This document shows, in pieces, positions 1 through 13,214 of a stretch of 64,000 bases of DNA. Where the stretch lies: positions 106,082,001 to 106,146,000 of the forward strand of contig OZ038378.1 of assembly GCA_964036045.1 (NCBI GenBank), written 5' to 3'. The DNA is from Eutreptiella sp. 'Long Island Sound 2002' (lineage: Eukaryota > Protista > Euglenida). How positions within the stretch are numbered: position 1 is the stretch's first letter; each line of letters opens with the position of its first letter. The translations under genes were made by a program, and so were the position numbers. The notes under the pieces were generated by a model. It saw nothing but the letters and a program-made list of their open reading frames with translations. It was not told the origin of the DNA and did not search any database.

Positions 1-275
1 ATCCTAGGAATCATCGCGAGGGCACGCGATGATTTCCAAAGGGGTGTAGACCCTGTTATGAATCATCGCTTTGGCAAGCGATGATTTGCGAAGGGGTGTA
101 GACCCTGTTATTAATCATGGCATGGGCACGCGACGATTGCCAAAGGGGTATGGACCATGTTATGAATCATCGCGTGGGCACGGAATGATTCCCAAAGGGG
201 TGTACACCCTGTAATGAATCACCGTGTGGGCGCGCGATGCTTCCCAGAGGGATCTAGACCCTCCTAGGAATGATC
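1..275 (-). repeat. Satellite I (~52-bp hairpin monomer), reverse orientation, truncated by window start
   Basis: Monomers read GAATCATCGCGTGGGCACGCGATGATT with GGGGTGTAGACCCTGTTAT linkers, the reverse complement of the 2870-8150 array. Confidence 0.9.
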
Positions 276-299
276 GTGGTCACCCTCCACCCCAGTCCC

Positions 300-2840
300 C
301 AACAACCTATCCCTCATCCTCCACAAGGACATAGGGCAGGGCCCACTTAATGAAGTCAAGGAGGGTGACCCCCAAAGGGATGGGTGTAGCAATGTTCCCC
401 AGCGGATCTCCGACCGGCACTGCCATTTCCTTCTTCCGAGTGTTGGCCATGATGCGCTCAAAGTCAAGCAACTGGTCAGGAGGGCCGGGTGCATACCCCC
501 ACAGGTAGGGTGCCCTATGGCTCTTCTTCCATGCCTTCCACAGCTAGTTCCTCCCCCCCCCCCCAATCGCTAGATTGTGCCCCCCCCCCCCCGAACCTAT
601 CAATGACGCCAGCCTCCCTCAATACCCTTGCCAGCTCAAGGGTGGTGACCAGACCGGTTGAGCCTGCTTCCCATTGGACAGCGTTCACTGCACCTTTCCA
701 TGCACCAGTGGTGGGGTGCTCAGCCCACCTTGAGAATCGCGCCAAGAGTTGGAGCTCAGACTGTGACCCGTTGGTTCGTGTGTTTGACCTGCAGATGTCA
801 TTTAATGATCCCTGGAGTGGGAGACACAAGGGAGGCACAGATGACTTGGGCTTGCAGCCCTTGGAACCGATCCAGGGTAGCAATCGCCAAGAGGATAGGG
901 GTTGTGGCATGAAACTTCTTTCTACCAACATACTCCACACACCATTTGAGCCACACCATTTGCGCATACGGTGTAATCACTACCACCACAGACCTTTTCG
1001 GGTAAGTACCTTTCCTGACACCCAGCTCCATGAAATGGCACACCAGCAGTCCCTCTCCATGCTCATGCTCCCACCTCCAGCCAACACATTATCCATCTTC
1101 CTGGAGTTCCATGCCTCCTGCACATGACTGTGCATTTTCCGGAAGGTCCGCGTTCCCCAAGGTTTCCCCCAGTTGGTGCCACCACTTGTCCCCATCTAGG
1201 TCCACAATGCGGATGGGGTTGTGCAGCATTGGGTCATGGAGGGGATGGAGGGATGAGTGGTAGTAACCAAGGCCCCCCCTTGTGAACAAGGCACGCATGA
1301 TTGTAGCAGTGGCATTTTCATGTGGTAATGTTATACCAGGATACTGCTGCGGCACCGTGTGCGGTACAAAAAGAATTGTAAGGTGCTAGTGGTGCAGAAC
1401 CGTTGTGAATCATGCCTGTGCACATGAGGGCTAGCGGACGGCATACACACATTGTGGTATGAGAACGTCTGCTGAGTTCGCCACGCAACATCCTTGGCCT
1501 GTGGATTACCACTACACGCGGCAGCCAAAAGATTGACATGGCTGTAGGGCCGCAACTGCCCAGGGCCACCCCACAAAAGACATTGGTTGCCTATGGACGC
1601 CAAGTCTAATCCCACTAGGATGCTGTTCCTAGACGCCTCGTCCACGAAGTTGAAGCCAAACCTGGTTTGTGGCCTCACTGGTGCAGCCCCAAGAAGCAGC
1701 CTGCGCTGGTTAGCAACCATTCCAGCAGCGGCAAACACCATAGGGCAAGAATTAGCAGCACATGTGAAGGTAGGGTTACCCGTTGGGGTGCTCCCCAAGG
1801 TGACCTGCACCTTCCTTTGGTCAAAGGACGCCAGCGCAAGTGGGAAAGCAGCCAGTTGCGCACGTAGTTGCAACCAGGGTGCCAGATGGTCGCCAGGCAA
1901 CTTCTCGCAGCACACAGGGACATCATGACACTCCTCAGGCACCCATGACAACAAGTTGTTTACTTGTGCATTGGTGGGTGCAGTCACGAGCACGCATGAC
2001 TGGAGGGGGGGGGGTGTCTCACCCATCCTGTACCACCCACCCTCTTGCCCAAATTTATTAGGCTAGGGTCACCACGATGTGGGTCTTGCGCAACAATGTC
2101 GCCTTGCCGCCATAGCATGGCTTTGATCCATGCCATCAGGGTCTCTAACATCCCTGTCCCGGCACCTCCAGTCAATACTGTGATGCATGACTCGTCCAGT
2201 ACCTAACGCACAGCCCACACCTGCGACTGGTTTAGGCAGTGGCGTTTGAAAAGGTATTGAAGGATCTCTTGGTCTTGGTTGGACAAAGGAGGCAGGTCCT
2301 TTGGTTAAGCGCTGATGTTTGCCAGCATTTTGGGCCATGCTAACCCTTGCTGGATCACGTTGCGCAAGTTGCGAAAGGCAGCTGTGTCAGGGAGAACCTG
2401 GCACCAGTACCTGGCTTTCAGATTGGCTCTTGCCTTATTGGCACTGCTGATCCACACATAGTCGCCCGAGATGTCATCACCATGCACCCTTGCCTGACCA
2501 TTGGATGCAGCACACTTTGCATACAATCCTGGCCATGGCGCCAGGCCTGCATGTTGCCTAACCCTCTTTGTACCAGATCCTGCATTGACCTTTGGCCTGT
2601 GACCTAACACCTTGGACCCTGACCTGTACCCATGACCTCGCAGCACTAACACTCACAACACCATTTGGAAAGGGTACAAACTTATGATTGTAGACTTGTG
2701 AGCTCTCCCATGTTTGCCTTTCCGTGCCTTGAGGACATTTGCGTGTGATGGGATCCACATATGCAGCAGCCTTTGACAACGCTCCTGGGGAAAAGCTGGA
2801 CAAAGAAGGGCTACAGACACCCCTATGCATCCATTCCATT
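300..2840 (-). pseudogene. Degenerate Upf1/DNA2/NAM7-like superfamily 1 helicase
   Basis: Ordered SF1 motifs across broken frames: Ia VLVTAPTNAQVNNL, II FVDEASR and III-like LLWGGPGQLRP (ORF 1331-2026); QYP (1089-1355); VITPY and TLDRFQGLQAQVICASLV (798-1043); VI-like DICRSNTRTNGSQSEL (515-967). The Walker A is decayed, and there are multiple stops and frameshifts. Confidence 0.8.
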
Positions 2841-2869
2841 CTACATCCCTCTGATTTGCATCACATTCA

Positions 2870-5800
2870 GCGGTACACCCTTAGAACTCTTGGCGTGTCC
2901 CCATGATGCTTCATAACAGGGTCTAGCCCCCTTAGGAATCATCGTGTGGCCACCCGATGATTCATAACAGGGTCTACACCCCCTTAGGAATCATGGCGTG
3001 CCCGCGCGATGATTCATCACAGGGTCTACACCCCTCTAGGAATCATCCCGTGGGCACACGATGATTCCCGGCGGGGTGCAGACCCTAGTATGAATCATCT
3101 TGTGGGGAGGCGATGATTCCCACACTGCTCTAGACTCTGTTATGAATCGTTTTTTGGCCACACGACGATTCATAACACAGACTACACCCCTCTAGCAATC
3201 ATTTGGTGCCCACGCGATGATTCCTAGGAGGGTCCAGACTCCTCTAAGAACCGTCGCGTGGCCAGGCGATGATTCATTACAGGGGCCACACCCCTCTAGG
3301 AATCATCGCGTACCTACGTGTGGATTGATCACAGGGTCTACACCCCTCCCGGAGTAATCGCGTGCCCACGTGATTGTTCCTAGGAAGGTCCACACCCCTC
3401 TATGAATCAGCGCGTGCCCACGCGATGATTCATAACAGGGTATACACCCCTTGAGGAATCATCGCGTGCTAATGCCATGATTCCTAGGAGGGACTAGACG
3501 CCTCTAGCAATCATCCCGTGCCCAGGCGATGAATCATAACAGGGCCTAGACCCCTTGAGGCATCATCACGTGGCCAAGCGATGATTCATAGCTGGGTATA
3601 CAACCCCTTAGTAATCATCGCCTGCCCATGCGATAATTCGTAACAGGGTCTACCCCCCTTTTGGAATCATTGTGTGCCCACACGATGATTCATAATAGGG
3701 TCTACACCCCTCTGGGAATCATTGATTGCCCACGCGATGATTCATTAGACGGTGTACATGCCTTTGGAAATCATAGCGTACCCACGCCATGATTCCGAGG
3801 AGGGTCTAGACCCATGTAGGAATCATCGCGTGCCCATGCGATGATTCATAACAGGGGGTATACCCCTTTGGGAATCATCGCGTGCCCACACGATGATTCC
3901 TATGAGGGTCTAGACCCCTTTGGGATTCATAGCGTGGCCACGCGATGATTCATAACAGGGACTAGAAACCTTAGGATCTTTCGCTTGCCCACGCGATTAT
4001 TCATGACAAGGTCTAGGCCCCTCTACGAATCATCGCGTGGGCACGCCATGATTCCCGGGGGGGTGCAGACCCTAGTATGAATCATCTTGTGGGGAGGCGA
4101 TGATTCCCACACTGGTCTAGCCCCCCGTTATGAATCGTTGTGTGGCCACGCGATGATGCATATCGGGTCTACACCAATTTGGGAATCATCGCGTGCCCAC
4201 GCGATGATTCCTAGGAGCGTCTAGATCCCTCTGGAAATCATCCTGTGCTCATCTGATGATTCCTAGGAGGGTCTAGACGCCTTCGGGACTCTTCCCGTGC
4301 GCACTCGACGATTCATAACAGGGTCTAGACCCCTTCGGGAATCATTGCGTGCCCCCGCGATGATTCATAACAGGGTCTACACACCCTTAGGGATGATCGC
4401 GTGCCCAACCGATGATTCATATCAAGGTCTAGACCCCTCGGGGAATCATGGCGTGCCCTCGCGATGGTTGCTAGGAGCATGTGGAATCATTTCGTGCCCA
4501 CGCGATGATTCATAACATGGTCTACACCCCTCTAGGAATCAGCGCGTGCCCTCGCGATGATTCACAATAGGGTCTACACCCCTTTGGGAGTCATTCCGTG
4601 CCCACGCGATGATTCCTAGGAGGGTCTACACCCCGTTGGGAATCATTTTGTACCCACGCGATAATTTACAACAACGTCCATTTTGCTCTGGGAATCATCG
4701 CGTGCCCACGCGATGATTCATAACAGGGTCTACACCACCTTAGCATTCATCGCGTGCCCACGCAATAATTCGTAGGAGGGTCTAGACCCCTCTAGGAATC
4801 ATCGCGTGGCCACGCGATGATTCATAACAGGCTCTACACCCCTCTAGGAATCATCGCGTACCCACGCGATGATTCAGAACAGGGTCTACACCCCTCTCGG
4901 AATCATCGCTTACCCACATGATTATTCTTAGGAGGGTCTAGACTCCCCTAGGAATCATCGCGTGCCCAAGCGATGATTCATAACATGGTCTACACCCTTG
5001 AGGAATCATCGCGTGCCCACGCGATGATTCCTAGGAGGATCTAGACCCCTATGGGAATCATCGTGTGCCCAAGGGGTGATTCATAACAGGGTTTACACCC
5101 CTCTAGGAATCATTGCGTGGCAACACGATGATTTAAGAAAGGGTCTAGACCCCCTTAGGAATCATCGCGTGACCACGCGATGATTCCTAGGAGGGTCTAG
5201 ACCCCTCGAGGAATCATCGCGTGCCCACACCATGATTCATAATAGCTTTTGCACCCCTTTGGGAATAATCGCGTGCCCATGCCATGATTCCTAGTAGGGT
5301 TTAGACCCCTCGAGGACTCATTGCGTGCCCACGCGATTATTCATAACAGGATCTACACCTCTCTAGGCATCATCCCGTGGCCCGCCGATGATTCATAACG
5401 GGGTCTACCCCCCCTTAGGAATCATCGCGTGCCCACGCGATGACTCATAACATGGTCTACAGCCTTGAGGAATCATCGCGTGCCCACGCTAGGAGGGTAT
5501 AGACCCCTATGGGAATCATCGCGTGCCCACGGGATAATTCATAACAAGGTCTACACCCCTCTAGGATTCATCGCGTTGCCACGCGATGATTTAGGAAAGG
5601 GTCTAGACCCCCTTAGGAATCAATACGTGACCGCGCGATGATTCCTAGGAGGGTCTAGACCCCACGAGTGCCCACTCCATGATTCATAACAAGGTTTGCA
5701 CCCCTTTGGGAATAATCGTGTGCCCCCGCAATGATCCCTAGTAGGGTCTAGATCCCCCTAGCAATCATCGCGTGCCCACGCGATGATTCATAACAGGATT

Positions 5801-8150
5801 TTCACTATCTAGGCATGTTCTCGTGGCCGCCAGATGATTCATTACAGGGTCTAAGCCCCCTTAGGAAGCATCGCGTGCCCATGCGATGATTGATAACAAG
5901 GTCTACACCCCTTTGGGAACCATCGCGTGCCCTCGCGATGATTCATAATAGGGTCTACAGCCCTCAAGGAATCAGCGCGTGCCCACGCGATAATCCATAA
6001 CGGGGTCCAGACCCCTCTGGGAATCAGTAACTGCCCACGCAATGATTCATAACAGGGTCTCCACCCCCTCAGGAATCATGGCGTGCCCACGCGATGCTTC
6101 ATAGCAGGGTTTTCACCCCTTTGGCAATCATCGCGTTCTCTCGCGATGATTCCTAGGAGTTTCTAGATCCCTCTGGGAATCATGGCGTTCCCACGCGATG
6201 ATTCATAACGGGGTCTACGCCCCTTTCGGGAATCATGGCGTACCAACGCGACGATTCCTAGGAGCGTCTAGACCCCTTCGGGGATCTTCGCGTGCCTGTG
6301 CGATGGTTCATAACAAGGTCTAGACACCTCTGAGAATCATGACGTGCCCACAAGATGATTCATAACAGGGTTTAGACCCCCTTAGGAATCATCGTGTGCC
6401 CACGCGAGGATTCAGAACAGGATCTACACCCCCTTAGGAGTCATCGCGTGCCCGTGCGATGATTCATAATAACGTCTAGCCCCCTCCGGGAATCATCCCG
6501 TGCCCACGCGATGATTACTAAGATGGTGTACACCCCCTTAGGAATCACAGCGTGGCTGCGCGATGATTCATAACACGGTCTGCACCTCTTTGGGAATCAT
6601 CGCGTGCCCACGCGATGATTCCTAGGAGAGTATAGACCCCTCTCAAAATTATGGCGTGCCCACAAGACGATTCATTACAGGGTCTACACCCCTTTAGGCA
6701 TCATGGCGTGACCACGCGATAATTCATAACAGGGTCTACACCCCCTTTGGAATCATCGCGTGCCCACGCGATGATTCATAACAGGGCCTACACCCCTTTA
6801 GGAATCATCGCGCGCCCACATGATGAATCATAACAGGGTCTACAACCCTCTAGGCATCATCGCGTGGCCGCGCGATGATTCATTCTGGGGTCTACAACCG
6901 CTTAAGAATCATCGCATGCCCACGCGATAATTCATAGCAGGGTCTACATCCCTTTTGGAATAATCGTGTGCCCACGCGATGATTCGTAGGAGGGTCTAGA
7001 CCCCTTTGGGAATTATTGTCTACCCACGCGATGATTCATCAAACGGTATACATCCCTTTGGGAATCATCGCGTGCCCACGCGATGATTCATGAGACGGTG
7101 TACACCCTTTTGGGAATCATCGCGTGCCCACGCCATGATTCTGAGGAGGGTTTAGACCCCTCTCGGAATCTTGGCATGCCCACGCGATGATTGATAACAG
7201 GGTCTACACCCGTTGAGGAATAATCGCGTACCCACACGATGATTCCTAGGAGGGTCTAGACCCCTCTAGGAATCATCGCGTGCCCACGCGATGATTCATA
7301 ACATGGTCTACACCCCTTTGGGAATCATCGCGTGCCCATGCGATGATTCCTATGAGGGTCTAGACCCCTTTGGGAAACATGGTGTGCCCACGCGATTATT
7401 CATGACAAGGTCTAGGTCCCTCTAGGAATCATCGCGTGGGCACGCGACGATTCCGGGCGGGGTGCAGACCCTATTATGAATCATCTTGTGGGCAGGTGAT
7501 GATTCCCACATTGGTTCAGACCTGTGTTACGAATCGTTGTGTGGCCACACGATGATTCGTAACAGGGTCTACACCCCCTTAGGAATCATCGCGTGGCCAC
7601 ATGATGATTCACATCGGGGTCTACACCGCTTTGGGAATCATCGCGTGCCCACGCGATGATTCCTAGGATGGTCTAGACCCCTCTAGAAATCATTGTGTGC
7701 TCACCCGATGATTCCTAGGAGGGTCTAGACACCTTCGGGAATCTTCGTGTGCCCACACGACGATTCATAACTGGGTCTAGACTCCTTCGGGAATCATCAC
7801 GTGCCCCCATGGTGATTCATAATAGGGTCTACACCCCTCTAGGAATAATCACGTGGCCGCGACGATTCGTAACAGGGTGTAGACCCCTTAGGAATGATCG
7901 CGTGCCCAAGGGATGATTCTTAACAGGGTCTACAACCCCTTAGGAATCATCACGTGCCCACGCGATGATTCATACGAGGATCTACACCCCTCTAGGCATC
8001 AACGCGTGGCCACGCGATGATTCAAGACAGGGTCTACACCCCTATGGGAATCATCGGGTGCCCATGCGATGATACCTAGGAGGGTCTAGACCCCTCTTAG
8101 AATCCCAGCGTGCCCACACGATGATTCATAACATGATCTACACCCCTCTA
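2870..8150 (+). repeat. Satellite I main array, ~52-bp monomer, about 100 copies
   Basis: Consensus GGAATCATCGCGTGCCCACGCGATGATTCATAACAGGGTCTACACCCCTCTA; period 52 measured (4795 to 4847). It contains a 13-14 bp perfect inverted repeat and alternative linkers such as CTAGGAGGGTCTAGACCCC. Confidence 0.97.
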
Positions 8151-8709
8151 CTTAGGCCGCACAAGCTGCCCACCCTCCAGGACCCCGTATACGCACGATT
8201 TGAGGATGTTCTACATTTACGTTTCTACTTTGAGTATGCTATTTGACATATGTGACCGATGTTGTTGGCAGCGTTGTTTGACACCCATTGAAAAACATGT
8301 TGATTTGTTAGCCTTGTGTATCCTCTTCTTCTTGTGTGCTGTATTTGACGCTTTTTTTCTGAAGCTGGCAGAAACTGAGGCTAGTTTTTGGGTAACACTG
8401 CAAACAACTATGTGTATATGCAGTATTTGACCCTTCTGGCCAAAATTTTGGTCATCTTTTTGGTTTCTCGGTGAATGGGTATAGTTTTTTTTCATTTTTC
8501 TTCAGGCTGTAGTCACTATTCAAGCACTCATACTCCGGTTTTTGGTCGGTCTCACCGAAATGTCGGCCAGCTTTTCCTATTTTTGTACATATAAGCAATT
8601 GTTTCTCATTCGAACACACCTGGCCGAAATTTCGCCCAGCTTGCAATTGTCATTGTTCATGAGTATTCCACCTTACACTCCTACATAATTGTTTTCCTGT
8701 TTCAGCTCT

Positions 8710-10749
8710 CATGTCTTCTGCTATTACTGTAATTGTCGTACATGCTGCAGTTACTGCTGCTTCCCCTACTACCGCCAAAGGGCTGTTGCGAAATGCATTA
8801 CGTGGTGCGACTCTGCAAAAGGTATTGCAATTCTGCCTCATGTTGCGGAAGAATCGTAGGAGCCAGTACTCTATGACACAGTTGAAGTCTGCCGCCACCG
8901 AGAAGAAGCCCCCATGATGGTACGTGACATTTTTGTCACATATCCATGCCCTATATTGCCTTGTGCGTCGTATGGCCCTCCCATACTCTAATCATGGGTC
9001 TAGTTACAACTGGGGTATTATGTTCTGCCGCCAACGCCGTAAGGTAGGAGTCTTTGGTCAATGTAACACTAAGCAAGAGTCCATTCACCATCGTGCTGGA
9101 CTAGCAGCACACAACTTGTGGAAGACCATGCACCGTAGGCAAGTTTGTATATGGTTTGACAACCTGAGGCGTTACAGGTCGGGAGCTGATTCCCATTCAC
9201 CCGAGTTAACCCTAAACTGTACAGCTGTTGCTGTTTTGTACACTACTGCCCTACCTGCATATTTGGGTTTCGCTTCCTCCACTAGAGACCCTTTTTCCCG
9301 TCTGAGCTCCGCTCCGGCACACGCAAAGAGCTTTTGCAACCCGTGGTTGATTCGTCATGTGTGGAACACCGCACCAGGCAATGTGTTCCACTGCTTGTGC
9401 ACATGAAAATACACTTTGCCCTCTCTTAAGCTGTGTTATGGCGCCGCTTATGTTCCGTGGAATGTACCTCAACTACTGTTGGGTTTTCCTCTAGTATACG
9501 GGGTATGGCATGGCTATAAGTACTGCGTTGAGTTGATCTACAGGGCCTTCCTGCCGTTCATTAAGTTTTTGGAGAGGGGAATATCCTTCAGGTTGGGTCT
9601 ATCCTCCCTCGCAAGGTCAAGGTCATCCATATGGAGAAGACCTTGCTTCAACTCATGCTAGCCACATCGTCCAATAGAGGCAGACTAGATGAGCGTGCAA
9701 CTGCCCTGCTGAGTAGCCAGCGGCACTTGACACCAATTCGGCACAAGGGTTTGCGTATGTTATTAGCCCTTAAGGCTTTGCTGTACACATATTGTCCGGC
9801 TGCTTTCAGCATTAGGACTTTGGTGCGTGACTGCAACTGGGAGGGCCGGGGGGCAGGTTCCGGGATTGTTGCTAAGCAGGCGCTTGAGATGTCCCTACTG
9901 CTCATGGTGAACATCCTAAAGCCCGAGGAGCAGTTAGCCACGGAGTATGTGACAACCACTGTTGTTGCTCTTTTGTTTTTGAGTTAGCTGCATTCCGACT
10001 CCCTAGGGTGTATCCACTCTGAGGAGCTGGGCGAGGTACTTCCGAGTGGGTTCTCAGCCCACTGTCGTCGCCACACTGCCTGTACCAGTGTGCAGCAGTC
10101 GTCTGATATGTTTCTGACACTTCCCCCTATCCAACCGGGAGAGAAAGTTTTGCGTGGTGTGCTGACTCAGAGATCTGTGGCAATGTTCTCTGCCAATCTG
10201 AGACAATTCATCTTGACAGCCCATACACAAACCCTGCCCATATGTGTTCACGTTCCTGACTATGAATTTTAGGTGAGAAGACTGGATGCACTTGAGGATC
10301 TGTCTTTCCCCGGTACCATATCTAGGACACCAATCACCACACACCGGTTAAAGGTGTTTTTGTTTCATGCAATGCAAAATCCGGTTGCGCGTACCAGGGT
10401 TCCTGAGGGTTTTGAGGATTTTTTATAGACACATGCACCCGCTCGCACTGCTGCCCATCAAGGGGTATTGCGTATTGCACATGCTTCCATCCGCGCTGCC
10501 AACCGTGCACCGCCTGCTGCTGGTGCTGTTGCTCCTGGTGGGATTGCCTTCCCCCCAAAAGCCAGCCCCCCGTACCCCCCCCCCCAGCCCCCCCCCCCCC
10601 CAGTAAACTCCTCTACCCCTGATGATTCCCTTGCCATTGACTCTTGTGATAGTGATCGGGAGAACGATTGTGATGCAGACAACGTTGCCTCCTTTGAAGC
10701 TCTAGATGAGGCAAAACACATCGGTGTGCATACCCACGATTGGGACTGA
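8710..10749 (+). pseudogene. Putative DDE-type (RNase H fold) transposase relic
   Basis: Collinear fragments VCIWFDNL (candidate D1), PLLVHMKIH (candidate D2 mutated), YGVWHGYKY, GCIHSEELGEVL (candidate E), then a Pro-rich and acidic tail. Several frameshifts and stops. The superfamily is not assignable by eye. Confidence 0.4.
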
Positions 10750-11089
10750 TTTCTGTTTGCAGCTGTGTTTGTCACTGTGGTATGGGTTCTGCCACGCATT
10801 GCCAGTTATTGTGGTGTGTCTTTTTGCTTTTCTGTGTTTTTTGAGTTGTTGTTTCGTCATATGGCTACCCCCGGAACACAAATGACATAAGGTTTTGGCG
10901 GAAACTTCGGCTAGCCTCTCAGACCGATATTTCTGCACAGTGGTTTAACATGCAAAGCAGTGCTGGCCGAAATTTTGGCCAGGTTATGTTATTTTTTTTT
11001 CAGGCGTCCATTTGGGTTTTTTTTTGGTTGATGTGTGCTTGTCATTTGCTATTTTGTAACTCTCGCCTTCATGAAATGTTGTCATGTAG

Positions 11090-13214
11090 CATCGCATTTT
11101 ATGACTGAGCCCGGAGGGGTATCACATGACGTGGTTGTTTTTCCAGAGGGTGAGCCTGCAGCAGACCATGGGCAATTTCAAGTGCAATCCCAATCTCAAC
11201 AGGACCAGGCGAGCACACAAGAACTTCAAAAGAAGCCCAACGCCGCACCAAAGAAAAATTCAACATCCTCCATCAAGTTATCCGACTGGGTTACGTCAAC
11301 GATGAAAATAAAGTTTCACTGCGAGCACATTATTATTGACCGCGTCCGAAAATCTCGGCAGGTCCGTAGGATATCGGATGATCGCGTGCAGCGCCGCTAT
11401 GACGATCTAGAGGCAGCCCCCCGCTTGTGGATTACATCCCGGATCTCGTTTTTTATTACGTCACTCGTATATATATTGTTGTATTCGTCTCGATAGTACT
11501 CTTTTCGTGTCGGAATTTCCGACCCTGCTGTTTCTAATACTACTGTTGCGCAGCCACTCGCTGGTTTCTGTTGTGGGGTCAGTATGGGTACACTGCTGCC
11601 CAAAAACACAAGAGGGAATTTGAGAAAAAAATATAGAGACTCCGGATTGGACCCTGGCATTTGGTGGTTATGAAGTCAAACAGGATTGCCCCCTGCGGAC
11701 TAGCCGCCGGATGGCAGCCTTACATCAAATTCAGACCACTGCTAGCTAAGCATCCGCCACATCGGAGCGAATGTCCATACTCCTGGATAGGCTTGAGGAT
11801 GAGGATGGCCATGAGTACACCCTTTTGCATCACATTGCGGTCATGCTTGAAGAGTGTGATGTTGCTGCCGACGAAGACACGGTGCTGTGTTTCGTCTATT
11901 AACTCGGTTCTGTTGATCGACCTAGCCGAAACTTTGCCCAGCTTCTGAGCGCCACTTGTTCTCCTGTGCGGACTGCTGTTGCCAAACGTTGGGCCGGCGT
12001 TGTGCGTTTGGTGAAATGTGTGGGTCTTGCTGCAGTAGACACCATGGCAGCTATGGAGAAGCGTGCATTACATACCGCACTGGGTACGTTTAAGGAAGTG
12101 GAAGGCATCACGGCTGACCGACTTCGCCACATCGTAGGTTACATGGATGTTACAAGAAGTGGCCTACCTGGTCTAAAAAGAATTATAAAAGATGTTAAAA
12201 AGGCCCAGTTGTGGTCCTGGCACATCCTTCATCCCGAGGCGGTTACCAATGGGCTTGTGAACAACACCAGGGGTATGTTTTGGTCAAACAAGGGTTTGTA
12301 TTCGAATAAATCGACCGACCTGGCCGAAATCTCGGGCACCTTGGGTGTGGTTGAACTAATGCACAATAGGATCGCACTCTGTGACACCACCTGTCTGCAG
12401 CTACGCTTGGTACTATCGAGATGGGCAAAAGGCAGTGCGCTATTGCATCACACCTCAAGGTAGCCTATGGCAGCTGGACGTCGACTGAAGAAAACGCCTG
12501 GCCACCGTGGATGAATGATGCAGACAAAAATCAGCGACACCCAGTTGTGTACATGGTGCCTCCTGGAGTGGACTAGTGGTCCTCGACAGAGAACATGCAG
12601 ATTGCTAAACACAGACTGGGGTTGAAGGTGGTATGGTACTAAAACCACAAATGGCAAATATCAAAAACCTGCCCTCATTGCTAACTACCCACGATGGATA
12701 GTGCTTCATGAGGCGCATTCTCCCATCACCCGACCCAGACCTCCATCTGTTTTCTGTCCTTCACATCAAGTCGCAGTTGTGAATGCAGCACCTCTGGACC
12801 TGAAAGGTACCTGTTCGGACGTCTCACTAACAGAGGCACAGTGACAAAGGACCCTCTGGGTGTACAATACGGAGAAATAATGACGTAGCGCATTTCTGAG
12901 ATACTGAAAGGAGAAGGAGTGATGAAGCACATAACGCCGAAAGGTTTTGGCGCAATGCTTTTAATTCCAGAATTGGTGCAAGCAAGGCAGTTACGCAACT
13001 CGAGCATAGCAGCTACATGGGTGTGAAGGCAAGGGTGACAGATCGGTATTACAAACAAAGTGAAGCGTCGCACCTTAAATGTGCTGCTGTGCTGTGCGGA
13101 GCTACTGAGACGACCGAGCAAGAGCAGCAACGTGCGCCCTTGCCTGCCACCACTGTGCATGTTGCAAAAGCTGTGCGTGTGACAGAAACCAAACCAGTGC
13201 GCAGCGGCTTTTGA
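11090..13214 (+). pseudogene. Tyrosine-recombinase-like gene relic (Crypton-like); catalytic core about 12500-13075
   Basis: Box I-like LLEWTSGPRQRTCRLL, then KTT, box II-like KHITPKGFG, then after a frameshift YMGVKARVTDRYY (the GH...T..Y region with a candidate catalytic Tyr). Upstream ORFs 11035-11496, 11661-11948 and 11966-12463 are co-oriented. Confidence 0.55.

Noticed and set aside
300-2840. Helitron RepHel
   Set aside because: The motifs are Upf1-like (DEAS, FQG) rather than PIF1-like, and I saw no HUH Rep motifs or Helitron termini.
2870-8150. CRISPR-like array (palindromic repeat with regular spacing)
   Set aside because: The intervening sequences are conserved variants of one linker rather than unique spacers, there are no cas genes, and the context is eukaryotic.
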